The notes beneath the pieces were generated by a model. That model did no database searches, was not told the origin of the DNA, and saw only the letters and a program-made list of their open reading frames with translations. Shown one piece after another: positions 9,195 through 19,596 of a stretch of DNA of 58,540 bases. Every line of letters starts with the position of its first letter. The first letter of the stretch is position 1. The stretch covers positions 1-58,540 of the forward strand of contig JAUIHG010000003.1 of the NCBI GenBank assembly GCA_030432405.1. Direction: 5' to 3'. The stretch is from Bacteroidia bacterium. GTDB lineage: Bacteria; Bacteroidota; Bacteroidia; Chitinophagales; BACL12. The translations under genes and the position numbers were made by a program.

Positions 9195-10013
9195 TTAGTT
9201 CTGCTGGTGCACGTGCACGTCCATCTGCGGGAAGGGGATGTTGAGGCCTTCCTTGGCAAAGGCTTCATAGACCTTGTGGTGCATGTCGAAGTAGATGCCC
9301 CAATAGTCGGAGCCTTTGGCCCAGACGCGCACCACGATGTTCACCGAGCTGTCGGCCAGTTCGGACAGCGCAATGAAGGGTTCGGCCGGATCGTTGATGA
9401 TGCGGCTGTCGGCCTTGATGAGGCCCATGAGCACCTCCCGCGCCTTGGTGTAGTCGTCGCCGTAGCCAATGCCAAACGTGAAGTCCACCCGGCGCTTTTC
9501 CTCGCGCGAGAAGTTGACCATCGGTCCCGTGCTCAGGGGGCCGTTGGGGATGATGATGGTCTTGTTGTCCGGTGTCTTGAGGATGGTATTGAAGATCTGG
9601 ATCTCGTTGACCGTTCCCATATAGCCTTGCGCCTCAATGAAGTGGCCCTTCTCAAAAGGCTTGAAGAGCAGCAGCATCACGCCTCCGGCGAAGTTGGACA
9701 GCGAACCGCTCAGCGCCATGCCCACCGCCAGGCCAATGGCACCAATGATGGCTACAAACGAGGTCATGGCCACGCCCAGCATGCTGAGTACGGTGATGAT
9801 CAACAGCACACGCAGCAGGGTGCCGGCCAGCCCGAGCAGGAAGGGCTTCAGGGTCGGGTCGGTTCCCCGGCGGTCCAGCATGGAGCTTAAGCCTCTTTTC
9901 AATCCACGAACGACCATGCCGCCGATAATCCATACCAAAATGGCCCCCAACAATTTGGGGCCGTATTCCAATCCGATCTCCTGCAGTTTAATAATGGCTT
10001 GTTCAGCGTTCAT
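9195..10013 (-). CDS. mscS: Small-conductance mechanosensitive channel
   Basis: GLAVGMALSGSLSNFAGG, KPFEKG, IIPNG, RRVD, IPFPQMDVH. Confidence 0.93.
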   Translation of the reverse strand: MNAEQAIIKLQEIGLEYGPKLLGAILVWIIGGMVVRGLKRGLSSMLDRRGTDPTLKPFLLGLAGTLLRVLLIITVLSMLGVAMTSFVAIIGAIGLAVGMALSGSLSNFAGGVMLLLFKPFEKGHFIEAQGYMGTVNEIQIFNTILKTPDNKTIIIPNGPLSTGPMVNFSREEKRRVDFTFGIGYGDDYTKAREVLMGLIKADSRIINDPAEPFIALSELADSSVNIVVRVWAKGSDYWGIYFDMHHKVYEAFAKEGLNIPFPQMDVHVHQQN

Positions 10014-10106
10014 GGTATCGTTTTTTTACGAATTTGAATGAGCGTTCGGGTGCAAACCTCGGTTATACAGACGGGAATAAGGAGGCTGGTCACCCAAAGG
10101 ATGCCG

Positions 10107-10114
10107 TATTTTTG
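10107..10114 (+). promoter_or_regulatory. Bacteroidota -7 promoter element
   Basis: TATTTTTG upstream of yebC. Confidence 0.5.
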
Positions 10115-10161
10115 GGCCGTTTTCCGCAAAACCCACCCTGAGCACCCACATTCAAACGTAT

Positions 10162-10872
10162 ATGGGAAGAGCATTTGAATACCGCCGCGCCGCCAAGGAA
10201 AAACGCTGGGACAAGATGTCCAAGGTGTTTCCCAAACTGGCCAAGGCCATCACCGTTGCCGCCAAGGAAAGCGGTCCGGACCCAGATGCCAATGCCAAGC
10301 TGCGCCTGGCCATCCAGAAGGCCAAGGCGGAGAACATGCCCAAGGACAACATTGAAAAAGCCATTGCGCGGGCTTCCGGCAAGGATGCCGAAGACATTGT
10401 AGAAATCAACTACGAGGGCAAAGGTCCCCACGGCGTGCTGGTTTTTGTGGAATGCGCCACGGACAACCCCACACGAACGGTGGCCAACGTCAAAAGCTAT
10501 TTCAACAAATCCGGTGGCGGCATGGTCCCCACCGGCAGTCTGGAGTTTTTGTTCGCCCGCAAGGCGGTTTTTGAATTTCAAATGCCCGAGGGGCAGTCCC
10601 GCGATGACGTGGAACTGGGCCTCATCGACGCGGAACTCGAGGAATTGGAAGAAAACGACGGCACCTATTATGCTTATGCGGATTATACCGCCTTCGGCAA
10701 GCTCGGCGAAGCCTTTGAGGCCCTGGGCATTGAGCCCAGTGATGCCAAATTGAAGCGCATCCCCACCTCACCGGTGTCCTTTTCCGATGAGCAACTCGAA
10801 GAAATTGAGAAGATGCTCGACAAAATGGAAGACGACGAGGACGTACAGGCGGTGTACACCAACATCGACTGA
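10162..10872 (+). CDS. yebC: YebC/PmpR family protein
   Basis: [57 protein letters not shown]. Confidence 0.95.
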   Translation: MGRAFEYRRAAKEKRWDKMSKVFPKLAKAITVAAKESGPDPDANAKLRLAIQKAKAENMPKDNIEKAIARASGKDAEDIVEINYEGKGPHGVLVFVECATDNPTRTVANVKSYFNKSGGGMVPTGSLEFLFARKAVFEFQMPEGQSRDDVELGLIDAELEELEENDGTYYAYADYTAFGKLGEAFEALGIEPSDAKLKRIPTSPVSFSDEQLEEIEKMLDKMEDDEDVQAVYTNID

Positions 10873-11049
10873 GTCCTCTGCAACTCCCCTGCACGGTGCT
10901 GATCTATTGCCTTTGGTGACCCGCATCACGGCACGGGCATCCTGGAGCGGCGATACTTGTACCGTCAGACCAAGACGCCGGACGTCCATGCGGGACTGTG
11001 CGACCGCTGGCTGCGGCCTACCCGGTTTGGCGACCTCAATACTCAAGCC

Positions 11050-11364
11050 ATGGCAGCTCCCAAATTCAGCGACCTCGTTTCCAGCGACACCCCTACACTG
11101 GTTGATTTTTCCGCCGAATGGTGCGGCCCCTGCCGCATGTTGGGCCCCATCCTCGAACAGGTGAAGGCCTCCATGGGGGACCGCGTGCGCATCCTCAAAA
11201 TCGACGTAGACCGCAACGCCAAGCTGGCCGCTCATTTCCGGGTGCAAAGCGTACCCACCTTGATGATTTTCCGCAAGGGCGAGCTGCTTTGGCGGCAAAG
11301 CGGCGTAATGAATGCCAAACAACTGGAGCACGCCATCGAGTCGGTCCAAAAACAAGCCGCCTGA
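11050..11364 (+). CDS. trxA: Thioredoxin
   Basis: LVDFSAEWCGPC active site and SVPT cis-Pro loop. Confidence 0.93.
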   Translation: MAAPKFSDLVSSDTPTLVDFSAEWCGPCRMLGPILEQVKASMGDRVRILKIDVDRNAKLAAHFRVQSVPTLMIFRKGELLWRQSGVMNAKQLEHAIESVQKQAA

Positions 11365-11473
11365 ACGGCGAAGGCCGAACGGCGGCTTGCAGGCACCGGC
11401 AATTCAGGGAGGAAATTGACGGGCCGGGAGCATGAACGATACCGCACCAACGTTTCGGTGCGCATCGATGGCA

Positions 11474-12154
11474 TCAGTATTGGACTTCCGACCGGTTTCC
11501 GAGCACGATGCCTACAGAGGCAACAAATGCGCGGTACCGGGTATCGGGCGCAAACCCTGAACCTTCGTCGTATACGTCGGAAAAGCCGTGGACATAGCCC
11601 ACATCCAGGGCAATCAGGTCGATAATGTCCACACCTACACCGACGTCAAGAGCCGCGTTGCCATTCCGGAATGAAGGCGCTCTATAGGTTTGGTTGTCGT
11701 TGTCGGCCCAACCCAAAACAAAATCATAAGACGGACCGGCCATTAAACGGAGGGTCAATATTTCGGATTGGATGACATCCACACCTACTGCCAACCGCGT
11801 TTTCAAGGCATTGCGACCGATGTCTTCACGGTTGGTTGTTGGGCCATCGGACGACTTGTACAGCGTTTTGGCATTGGTGAACAACACGCCGGGTTGTACA
11901 TAAAATCGGCCGCCAATCCGGGCGTTCAATCCCGTTTGGAAACCCGCTTTGGCGTTGGTTTCCACACCGTCGCTGGGCGCTTGGTTCAATCGGAGTACGT
12001 GCAATCCGAATTGAGGCACCACATCAACACCAACCTGAGCTTTCAGGTTGGGAACACAGGCAAACATCAAAAAGAAAGCACCAAGCCATGCGGCTTTGCT
12101 TGGACGGCGCATATGGCGCGCCGGTCGGGGCTGAAGGGGATTATACGTTTTCAT
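11474..12154 (-). CDS. Outer-membrane beta-barrel (porin-family) protein
   Basis: Signal peptide ending KAQ; alternating beta-strand pattern; FYVQPG, GPSY and LDVGYVHG motifs; start may be slightly downstream. Confidence 0.7.
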   Translation of the reverse strand: MKTYNPLQPRPARHMRRPSKAAWLGAFFLMFACVPNLKAQVGVDVVPQFGLHVLRLNQAPSDGVETNAKAGFQTGLNARIGGRFYVQPGVLFTNAKTLYKSSDGPTTNREDIGRNALKTRLAVGVDVIQSEILTLRLMAGPSYDFVLGWADNDNQTYRAPSFRNGNAALDVGVGVDIIDLIALDVGYVHGFSDVYDEGSGFAPDTRYRAFVASVGIVLGNRSEVQY

Positions 12155-12229
12155 GCTTCAAAGGTCCCGCTCAGGTGCCATTAGGCCCTGTCCAAAGGGA
12201 AGGAGGAAGGGACGAAAACGGATTAAGCG

Positions 12230-13537
12230 CTAATCCTGCGCGGATTGAAAACGCAAGGTTTGACCTTCGCTGCGTGCGGCTTGTTGAACAGCTTCCATTT
12301 CCAGGTACGCTCCGGAACGCCAAATGGACCAACGCTTTCCGGCAAGGTCTGCCGCCAGGGTATAGCCGTTGCCAGGACAGGCCATTTTGGTGCTCATCAT
12401 GGCTTGGTCCACAACAACGCCTCCCGGCGAATGCCGCATCCTCCCGTTGAAGCGGTTGCAGCCGTCGCTGCCAAAGACGGCGACCCGCGTTTCATCAAGC
12501 TGCATGGTGGGCAACCCACGGGGATAATCGGCCGGGTCCAGCACAACACCGTTATGGGCATCCAACATCCAGGTCCCCAACCAGGCCGGATCCATGGGAA
12601 AACGGCCGCAGCCATGGTAAACCACCGAATCCAACCGGCTCCCGGGCACGCCGCGAAGCTCCACGGCATAGGGGTAAGGCGTTCCGGACATGGGATCCGA
12701 ACATGCTTGGGCGGTAAAGCGGATGTGCACGTTTTTGAGCCAATCCAACGATTGGGGCGTTGACGGCTGATCCGGTGCTTCGCCGGTTCCGCCGGCAGTC
12801 ATGGAAAACTCAAGCACCCAACTGCCGTTGGGCCCGGGTTCCAGTGGTCTGGGCGGCCCTTGCGCCTGCAGCCCTTCTGGTGTGCGGAAGGTCCACCCCT
12901 TGGTGGGGTGAAAGTCCAGGGCCCAAAAAGGCTCCTGGCCAAGCGCGTACGCGCGAATGCCCTCCGCCCATTTTTTGCGCGCCAGGTCGGAAGAATGGCT
13001 GTTGTTGTCGATCATGGGTGGAGCCGGTTTGGCCAGCAGGTGGTCCTGTTCCTCCAGGCGGTATGGACGGCCATCGCCATCCGAACGGATGGCAGCCTGG
13101 TGGTCCAGCCAAAGCAGGGCCTGCTCCTGCATGAGGAAGCGGCGCGGTTGGTTTTCCTGGGGATCCAGCAGCAAGGTGTCGCCCCGAAAAGCAAAAAAGC
13201 CTTCACTTTTGTTTTGGATTTGCCGATTGCCCGAGGGCTGCTCTGACCACAAGTAGCGGCCATCTTCGGCGAGCTGCAGTTGGACCTGTAGCCCAACGCC
13301 GTCCTGTGTTCCACCCGCACCCTGCGGCAGCGGACCGGCAAAGCGCCGGGCGGCCTCGGGGATCGGGCCGGATGACGTTGCGAGGGCAGCGCTTGGTCTT
13401 CCCGCTGTGGAGGCCTGCTTTTGCGGGTTTTCGCCGCAGGCGAAAAACAAAACCAAGACCAGGGCAGCAGTCACCTTTGGAACGATGCATCCGTTCTGAC
13501 CGGGCTTGATGGACGTAGGAAAGCAAAAGCCGTTCAT
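12230..13537 (-). CDS. Lipoprotein with NlpE-N-like, COG3650-like and META/HslJ domains
   Basis: Lipobox FFAC; GQEPFW...CSDPMSG..YPY...GCG; GSDGCNRFNG...STKMAC; ATGA overlap with the upstream gene. Confidence 0.75.
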   Translation of the reverse strand: MNGFCFPTSIKPGQNGCIVPKVTAALVLVLFFACGENPQKQASTAGRPSAALATSSGPIPEAARRFAGPLPQGAGGTQDGVGLQVQLQLAEDGRYLWSEQPSGNRQIQNKSEGFFAFRGDTLLLDPQENQPRRFLMQEQALLWLDHQAAIRSDGDGRPYRLEEQDHLLAKPAPPMIDNNSHSSDLARKKWAEGIRAYALGQEPFWALDFHPTKGWTFRTPEGLQAQGPPRPLEPGPNGSWVLEFSMTAGGTGEAPDQPSTPQSLDWLKNVHIRFTAQACSDPMSGTPYPYAVELRGVPGSRLDSVVYHGCGRFPMDPAWLGTWMLDAHNGVVLDPADYPRGLPTMQLDETRVAVFGSDGCNRFNGRMRHSPGGVVVDQAMMSTKMACPGNGYTLAADLAGKRWSIWRSGAYLEMEAVQQAARSEGQTLRFQSAQD

Positions 13538-14343
13538 GGTTTGTACCAGCACTTTTTTCCCTTTTTGAGTTCGATGGCCTCGCTGCGCACCGAAGCCTCC
13601 CGGGGAATGTAGCGCAAGATGCGCCCGTCCAGCATCCAGCGGTCGTCCACCAGGGCTGGAACGTAGAGGTCGGCAAATTCGAGGTGCAGGAACAGGCGCT
13701 TGCCCAGAAAGGCGCCAGCCAGTTCGGGATCATCGAGCACCACGTGAACCGGATCCATGCCCGGCACCACAAAGCGAAGGCTGCGGGTTTGTGCAGGAAT
13801 GTCCAGCGTTCCCCGTCCCCAGCGCAAAGCAGGTCCGGCGTCTGCCTGCACGCGCATGCCGCGCAATAGGGCAGGATCCGAAGCGCTGAGCTGCAAACGG
13901 AGCTTGCCTTCGGCAATTGAATTGGCTTTTGGTTCAGCTTCAGCTGCCGTCCGTGCCGCATCCGGAGCGGCTCCGGAAGACGGCGTTTCCGCGCCTTGCA
14001 CATCGGCCAGGACCCGGAAAAAGGGCCTGCGGTCCGTATTCAACACCAGGGTATCCCCGCGCTTTTGCCAGCCGCCGCTGAAGTCCCGATCGATGGTGCA
14101 ATTGCTGCTGGTCATGCGGAATCGCCCCCCCGCAGCATGCTTCCAGGCACCATCATGCGTCAATTTCAGGCAGATTTTTTCGACGGCATTGCGGGAAGCA
14201 AAACGGGTCTGCGTATCGGACGCTTCCTGCGCCAACAGACCTATGGGCAGCAGCAGCACACCCGCCAGACCAGTGACCCGCACAGTTCCAGCGCGCAGGC
14301 AGTCCATTACGCGCAGTTTCAGCCTACAGAACAGCTCAGCCAT
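13534..14343 (-). CDS. Hypothetical secreted protein
   Basis: Co-oriented ORF in a tight minus-strand run; hydrophobic segment ending LLAQ; start uncertain. Confidence 0.55.
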   Translation of the reverse strand: MAELFCRLKLRVMDCLRAGTVRVTGLAGVLLLPIGLLAQEASDTQTRFASRNAVEKICLKLTHDGAWKHAAGGRFRMTSSNCTIDRDFSGGWQKRGDTLVLNTDRRPFFRVLADVQGAETPSSGAAPDAARTAAEAEPKANSIAEGKLRLQLSASDPALLRGMRVQADAGPALRWGRGTLDIPAQTRSLRFVVPGMDPVHVVLDDPELAGAFLGKRLFLHLEFADLYVPALVDDRWMLDGRILRYIPREASVRSEAIELKKGKKCWYKP

Positions 14344-14371
14344 TGTGGCGGTAGTGTACGGAAACAGAAAT

Positions 14372-15115
14372 TCACCAAGGGGCTTTGGCGCCTGTTTGAC
14401 GAAGCCACTGCGTAAACGCACCCCCGGCATTTTTGGGCTCGGCTTTCCGTTCCTCTGTCGCCTGTTGCTGTGAAGCCCCTTCCTGCGCCGTGGATTCCGT
14501 GTAGCGCTTTGGCGGGCTTTCGCCCGAACGGGCATGATCAACGTGGCGCCTGCCGTTGGCGGACTTTTCCGCAGTGGTGTGGGAGGCATCCGAATCGCTT
14601 TTGCCTTCGTGCTTGCGCTTGGGTGCAGATTGGCCGAGCTCGTCTTCGGGCACATCGTCCCAGACGGCATCGGCCAACAAGCCGGTCCGGCGTTCATATG
14701 CCTTGATCAGCAGGGCCAGGGCGCGTTGCATATCGAAGGCATCCTGCAAACGCTCGTTGAGGGCGTGCAATTGTTGGTCCTTGGCTTGCAATTGGGCTTC
14801 CAACGTGCCCAGATAGCGTTCGGCCAGGTCCCAGGTGCGTTTTTCTGCCACGGCTGCACGGGCACTTTCGTCTTCTTGCCGGGCAGCATCCGGACCATCC
14901 TTTCCGCGGTTGTGGTCCTCCGGAGGGTCCTGGGCGCTCCTGTCCTCCTTCTTTTCGGTTTGCAGCCCTTCGGGCGAACCGCCTTCGCCGTCAGGCGCCC
15001 CGGAGTCCTTTGCAATAGGCGCGTAGACGGGAAACCCCACACCCTCCTCACGAATGGGAAAGGCATCGTCCTCCCAGCGCTTTTTCTCTTTCGATTTGTT
15101 TTTCTTTCCGCCCAT
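14372..15115 (-). CDS. Hypothetical disordered/coiled-coil protein
   Basis: Charged low-complexity sequence with coiled coil LEAQLQAKDQQLHALNERL; short gaps to both neighbours. Confidence 0.6.
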   Translation of the reverse strand: MGGKKNKSKEKKRWEDDAFPIREEGVGFPVYAPIAKDSGAPDGEGGSPEGLQTEKKEDRSAQDPPEDHNRGKDGPDAARQEDESARAAVAEKRTWDLAERYLGTLEAQLQAKDQQLHALNERLQDAFDMQRALALLIKAYERRTGLLADAVWDDVPEDELGQSAPKRKHEGKSDSDASHTTAEKSANGRRHVDHARSGESPPKRYTESTAQEGASQQQATEERKAEPKNAGGAFTQWLRQTGAKAPW

Positions 15116-15121
15116 AGACTG

Positions 15122-15697
15122 CTACAACAAAGCAAAACAAACGTTGAAGCTCCCTCCGGTAACACTGATCATGTCGCCAGTGTCAAAGCTCTCCATCTCG
15201 AAGGCAAAGCTGCCGTTGACGCGGCCATCCTGACAATTGCTGACCACCACCTGGCCTGTGCCGCCCGTTTGAAAGTACAGGTTCCCGTCGGGGTCCGTGT
15301 ATTCGGCCAGAAAGCCACTGCAGGCAAAGGGTACGGCGGGCACACAATAGTTGAGGGTGAAATTGCCGTAGTAGGGCTCTGGCGTGACGCAATCCACCGG
15401 ACCATCCGGCCGGAAGTCCTGAATGACGAGGCGAAACTGGGAACCATCGGAAGCAAAAGCATCCACAACGAGTTCCACAAAGGAAACTCCATTGATTGGA
15501 TCATTGACCAGGCTCAGGTAGTTGCCTACTTCTTCTGTATTGAAGGTGCCCCCGTCCAAAGCAAATGCTACCACGTTGTTGCAGCCCAAAAAACCGGAGC
15601 CGCGGCACCCGGACCACATGGCAGAGGCCAAAAGGAGTACGGGAAGCAGCAGGCGAAGCTTAAGGTCAGCCTGGCATAAACGGTTGCGCGCATGCAT
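15122..15697 (-). CDS. Hypothetical Cys-rich lipoprotein
   Basis: Lipobox-like WSGC; GSFAF...SVTGGSFNV beta-rich C-terminus; start overlaps the AraC stop. Confidence 0.65.
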   Translation of the reverse strand: MHARNRLCQADLKLRLLLPVLLLASAMWSGCRGSGFLGCNNVVAFALDGGTFNTEEVGNYLSLVNDPINGVSFVELVVDAFASDGSQFRLVIQDFRPDGPVDCVTPEPYYGNFTLNYCVPAVPFACSGFLAEYTDPDGNLYFQTGGTGQVVVSNCQDGRVNGSFAFEMESFDTGDMISVTGGSFNVCFALL

Positions 15698-16752
15698 CAG
15701 GAACGGGTCACCTGGGCTTCTGCCGCCGGGAGCGTGGTCCGCAGCTGTTGCCGGACTTCACTGGGGTGCATGCCAAAGCGCTGTTTGAAAATGCGGGCAA
15801 AATAGGAGCGGTTCTCGTAGCCCACGCGATACACGACTTCTCCAACCGGCATATCGTCCTGCAGCAGCATTTGATTGGCCCAGTCCAGGCGTTTGCCGGT
15901 GGTGTAGCGGTTGATGGTGGTATTGAAAACTTGTTTGAACCCGCGCTTGAGCTTGTTGACGTTTACGCCGACTTGCCGGGCAAGCTCGGGTATGGTGGGC
16001 GGATCCTCCAGTGCGCCATCAATTTTTTGTCGGGCAAGCAGGATGGCATCCAAATCCATGGGCTTGAGGTCCACCTTGCGCTTGTCCGGTGCAGTCTTGT
16101 CGAGGTATTGAAAGAACTGGAGGGTCAACAATTCCAGCGTCTTGGCCTCAATGAACGCATCCTCCAAACCCGGTTTGAACCGGTTGGCCAGCATTTGCGC
16201 CAAAACACGGCTGATGTGCACCCCGTAAGGCTTCTGGTAATAGAAGCTGTTGCGTTCTTCGCCGCCCCGGAACAATTGGCCGAGTCGGCGGGGCAATGCC
16301 TGGGACGTGCTTTCCAAATGGGCCTGGTAGCGCTTGCGTTCGATGGCCACCAAAACCCACTGCTGCTGGACCTCACCGGGCCAAACCAGATTGACTTCCG
16401 GACTGCCATAGGGCGCGTGGATGGCCACGTCGAGCTCATGCACGCTTTCAAACGTTTCCCGCTTGAACAGGCCTATTTGCATGTCGCCCTTGATCTGATA
16501 GGCAAACAGAATCGGCGTCTTTTCTTCCGTTTCCACCACCACATCAAGGGGTGCATGCAGGCGGCCCTTGAACAGGGTGGCATACAATCCGGCTTCAAAA
16601 CGGTAGGCTTTTATCCAACCTTTGCCGCGCGATGCGGGAATATCCAAGCGGTTGCGGTGTGGCTGTTCACCGGCTTTGATTCCCCACGCCTTGCGCAGAG
16701 CCCCAATCATGCCATTTTTATGAATGGCACGGATGCGTACTTGGGCAGTCAT
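15697..16752 (-). CDS. AraC family transcriptional regulator
   Basis: PTIPELARQVGVN..KLKRGFKQVF and VGYENRSYFARIFKQRFGMHP double HTH. Confidence 0.92.
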   Translation of the reverse strand: MTAQVRIRAIHKNGMIGALRKAWGIKAGEQPHRNRLDIPASRGKGWIKAYRFEAGLYATLFKGRLHAPLDVVVETEEKTPILFAYQIKGDMQIGLFKRETFESVHELDVAIHAPYGSPEVNLVWPGEVQQQWVLVAIERKRYQAHLESTSQALPRRLGQLFRGGEERNSFYYQKPYGVHISRVLAQMLANRFKPGLEDAFIEAKTLELLTLQFFQYLDKTAPDKRKVDLKPMDLDAILLARQKIDGALEDPPTIPELARQVGVNVNKLKRGFKQVFNTTINRYTTGKRLDWANQMLLQDDMPVGEVVYRVGYENRSYFARIFKQRFGMHPSEVRQQLRTTLPAAEAQVTRS

Positions 16753-16875
16753 GCTATAAAAAACGGAAACCCCGCGAAACCCGGCGGTCAAACATACGCG
16801 CAGCAGGCTTATCCGGCAGGCAATGCCTGCATTCAAACATGAAATAATGTCCGCAATGGGCCTGTGGAGCGTTCC

Positions 16876-17889
16876 TCAGGATCGGGATGAAGGACCGCCT
16901 TCGGCGAACAGCTCGTGCAGGGATTCGTCGATTTTCTCCCCTCCTTTGATACCAAAGTCCAATGTGCGGATGGGGAACGGAATCGTTATACCGTTTTCCT
17001 GGAAGCTGCGGTGGATGGCCACAACCGCTTCGTGTCGGGCTTGCAGGTAGTCGGAAGGCTCAAGACAGTCGTGCCCGAGCCAAAAGCGCACGGTAAAATC
17101 AACGCTGCTCGAGCCAAAGCCCTCATAAAAGACGGTGACTTCCCGTTCGTTGTTGCAAGCGGCCGACTTGACGATGGCCTGTTTGGCAATCTCTGCCGCG
17201 CGGGCCAGATCGTCGCCGTAGGATACGCCGCAACTGATGTCCACACGGCGTTCGCCGGTCACGGTATAATTGGTCAATGGATTTTCCACCACCATGCGGT
17301 TGGGAATAACCACCAGTTGGCCCTGAAAGGTTTTTACATGCAGCGTGCGCAACGTGATCTTCTGGATAATGCCGGTGATGCCGTTGGTCTCAATCATATC
17401 CCCGATGTTGTAGGGATTGCGCAGCGACATCAGGACACCGGCCAACAGGTTGGCCATGGAGTCCTGGAAAGCAAGACCAATGACCAGGCCGGCAATCCCT
17501 GCTCCGGCCAACATGGAACTGAGCGCCTTGTTGAGGTCCATGATGCCGAGCGCAAGAATCAGACCCAGAATGACCAGTATCACAGAACCGATATTGGCCA
17601 TCAGTTTGTTGACGGCTTGGTTGCTGCTGAAACGGCCACTCAGGCGCTCAATGCTGCGGTTGAGAAAACGGGAGGCAAAAACGGCCAGCATCAAGACGAC
17701 CAGAGCCAGCAGGGCATTGGGCAACATGTTGATGGCGGCGTCAAGCCATCCATCCAACTTGTCCCACATGCCCTGCCAGGCGTCCTGGACGTTGCCCACT
17801 TGCTCTGGGCCAGCTGCTGCAGCTCCATGGCCAGCAGTTACGGCACTATCGGCCGGGTTCAATAGGGGGTTTTGCATCGGAGGCACCAT
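16876..17889 (-). CDS. MscS family mechanosensitive channel (second paralogue)
   Basis: GAGIAGLVIGLAFQD, PYNIGD, VIPN, GVSYGDDL, IPFPIRTLD. Confidence 0.9.
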   Translation of the reverse strand: MVPPMQNPLLNPADSAVTAGHGAAAAGPEQVGNVQDAWQGMWDKLDGWLDAAINMLPNALLALVVLMLAVFASRFLNRSIERLSGRFSSNQAVNKLMANIGSVILVILGLILALGIMDLNKALSSMLAGAGIAGLVIGLAFQDSMANLLAGVLMSLRNPYNIGDMIETNGITGIIQKITLRTLHVKTFQGQLVVIPNRMVVENPLTNYTVTGERRVDISCGVSYGDDLARAAEIAKQAIVKSAACNNEREVTVFYEGFGSSSVDFTVRFWLGHDCLEPSDYLQARHEAVVAIHRSFQENGITIPFPIRTLDFGIKGGEKIDESLHELFAEGGPSSRS

Positions 17890-17921
17890 TCAGGTTGTCA
17901 ATAGGATCAGGCGCCGTGTGC

Positions 17922-18263
17922 TCAGCTTTGGGTCATATCGTCCCATTCGTCTTTCAGGGATTCCCACTGTTTTTTGGTTTCATCCGTGAAATTGTCCCAG
18001 CCATCTTCGGCCTTATGTTCGAGATCTTCCCATTCACGGGCCAAAGCGTTTTTCTCTGTATCGGTTTTTTCGCCCCATTGGCGAAATTCTCTTTCCATAT
18101 CGTCCATGGACTCGTTGAACGCTGCGCTGACATCGTCCATGGTTTCTTCCACGGATTCGGAGAGGTCATCGCTGGATTGCTGGTTGCTGGATTCAGCGCA
18201 GGAAATGGCCAAGGTCTGGGCGGAAAGGACGGCAACAAGGGCCGTTTTGAATACAATGTGCAT
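17922..18263 (-). CDS. Small acidic helical lipoprotein (LEA/stress-protein-like)
   Basis: Lipobox LAISC followed by amphipathic D/E/W-rich helical repeats. Confidence 0.6.
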   Translation of the reverse strand: MHIVFKTALVAVLSAQTLAISCAESSNQQSSDDLSESVEETMDDVSAAFNESMDDMEREFRQWGEKTDTEKNALAREWEDLEHKAEDGWDNFTDETKKQWESLKDEWDDMTQS

Positions 18264-18498
18264 AAGGCAGTTTTTAAGTGTTCGTTGCAATAGCGCAACG
18301 ACGAGCCCAAAGATCCCTAAAGGCCCTACCACACGGTATCCCTAAGCGCAGGACAAGGGTACCAAAAGGACCGTTTGATGTCCTCCGCAGGATGGCATCA
18401 CCAATTGGTACCAGCGCTCTGCTGAATCGCATCCTCTACTGTGCAGGTGCAGCCGATATTGCAACCATCACTTTCGAAGCATTCCAATTTTACCTACC

Positions 18499-19017
18499 AT
18501 GAACTATTTGAATTTATCAGAAGACAAACTCAAACGCATTGTCGATCAATTGAACCAGTTTCTCGCTGACCTTCATGTGCACTATCAAAACCTGCGCCAG
18601 GCTCATTGGTCCGTTGAAGGCCCCATGTTCTTCAGCCTGCACGAGGCTTACGAACAGGACTACAATGTAACCAAGGTTCAAATTGATGACGTGGCCGAAA
18701 GGATTCGCGCATTGCGCGAACACCCCATGAGCGCCTTCAGCCAATACCTTGAGCAAACGCAGCTTTCCGAAATGGAATACAACGTCAATCCATTTGTGCA
18801 TATGCGGACTTTACTAAATGACAAGCGCATCTTGATTGAAGATTTGCGCACGTTGATCGAAAAGGCACAAGACGCCGATGACGAAGGCACCATCGACATG
18901 GCAGGCAGCATGCTGGCCGGAATCGAAAAGCAATCCTGGATGTACCAGGCTTGGATCAATGAACAGGAAAGCATTCATAAAGCGCTCAACATGGCCATGC
19001 AGGAATCCAACAGCTGA
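18499..19017 (+). CDS. dps: DNA starvation/stationary-phase protection protein Dps
   Basis: HWSVEGPMFFSLHEAYE, IDDVAERIRAL ferroxidase residues, DEGTID, EKQSWM. Confidence 0.93.
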   Translation: MNYLNLSEDKLKRIVDQLNQFLADLHVHYQNLRQAHWSVEGPMFFSLHEAYEQDYNVTKVQIDDVAERIRALREHPMSAFSQYLEQTQLSEMEYNVNPFVHMRTLLNDKRILIEDLRTLIEKAQDADDEGTIDMAGSMLAGIEKQSWMYQAWINEQESIHKALNMAMQESNS

Positions 19018-19042
19018 TTCCAGCACACAACCAGTCTTTCAC

Positions 19043-19069
19043 AGCCGCTCCATCCGGGGCGGCTTTTTT
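19043..19069 (+). terminator. Rho-independent terminator after dps
   Basis: AGCCGCTCC-ATCC-GGGGCGGCT followed by a T-run. Confidence 0.8.
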
Positions 19070-19235
19070 GATTTTGGTCTGTTTGATTTTAATCATGCCA
19101 CAAAAATGCACGGCCGAGGACTATCCTGAATATGCGATTGTACGGGTTAGAACCACGCGGCTTCGGATTGGTCTTGAGAACAGAGGCCTGTGCAGCGATC
19201 TTTGGACCATCATTCAATCACGAAATATCGAATCA

Positions 19236-19556
19236 ATGTCTAAGTCCAGATCTTTTTTTCAGAGAAACAAGAGTGCTTTAATCACCCTCGGTGCCGGTTT
19301 GGGCATCGGTGCAGCCCTCGGCCTTTTGTATGCGCCGGAGAAAGGGAAAAAAACCCGTAAGCGCCTCCGCGATCAAACCAACGCCATGGCCGATCAGGCC
19401 AACGCCCTGGCTGCACAAGCCAAGGAAAGCACCGATGAATGGATGAACAAGATCAACGAGCAATTCAGCAACGGCAAAGACGAAGTCTCCGAGCTGAAAG
19501 CTCAAGTTCGCCGACTGGCCCGCAAGGTTGAACACGAAATGAGCGAAAACTCCTGA
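19236..19556 (+). CDS. YtxH domain-containing protein
   Basis: GLGIGAALGLLYAPEKGKKTRKRL signature. Confidence 0.9.
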   Translation: MSKSRSFFQRNKSALITLGAGLGIGAALGLLYAPEKGKKTRKRLRDQTNAMADQANALAAQAKESTDEWMNKINEQFSNGKDEVSELKAQVRRLARKVEHEMSENS

Positions 19557-19596
19557 TCCACCCTTTTCACCGGATTTAATCCTGTAAGACCAGCAG

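Noticed and set aside
9680-9694. Partial palindrome copy CGCCTCCGGCGAA in mscS
   Set aside because: It encodes the conserved NFAGG motif and lacks one arm, so protein constraint explains it.
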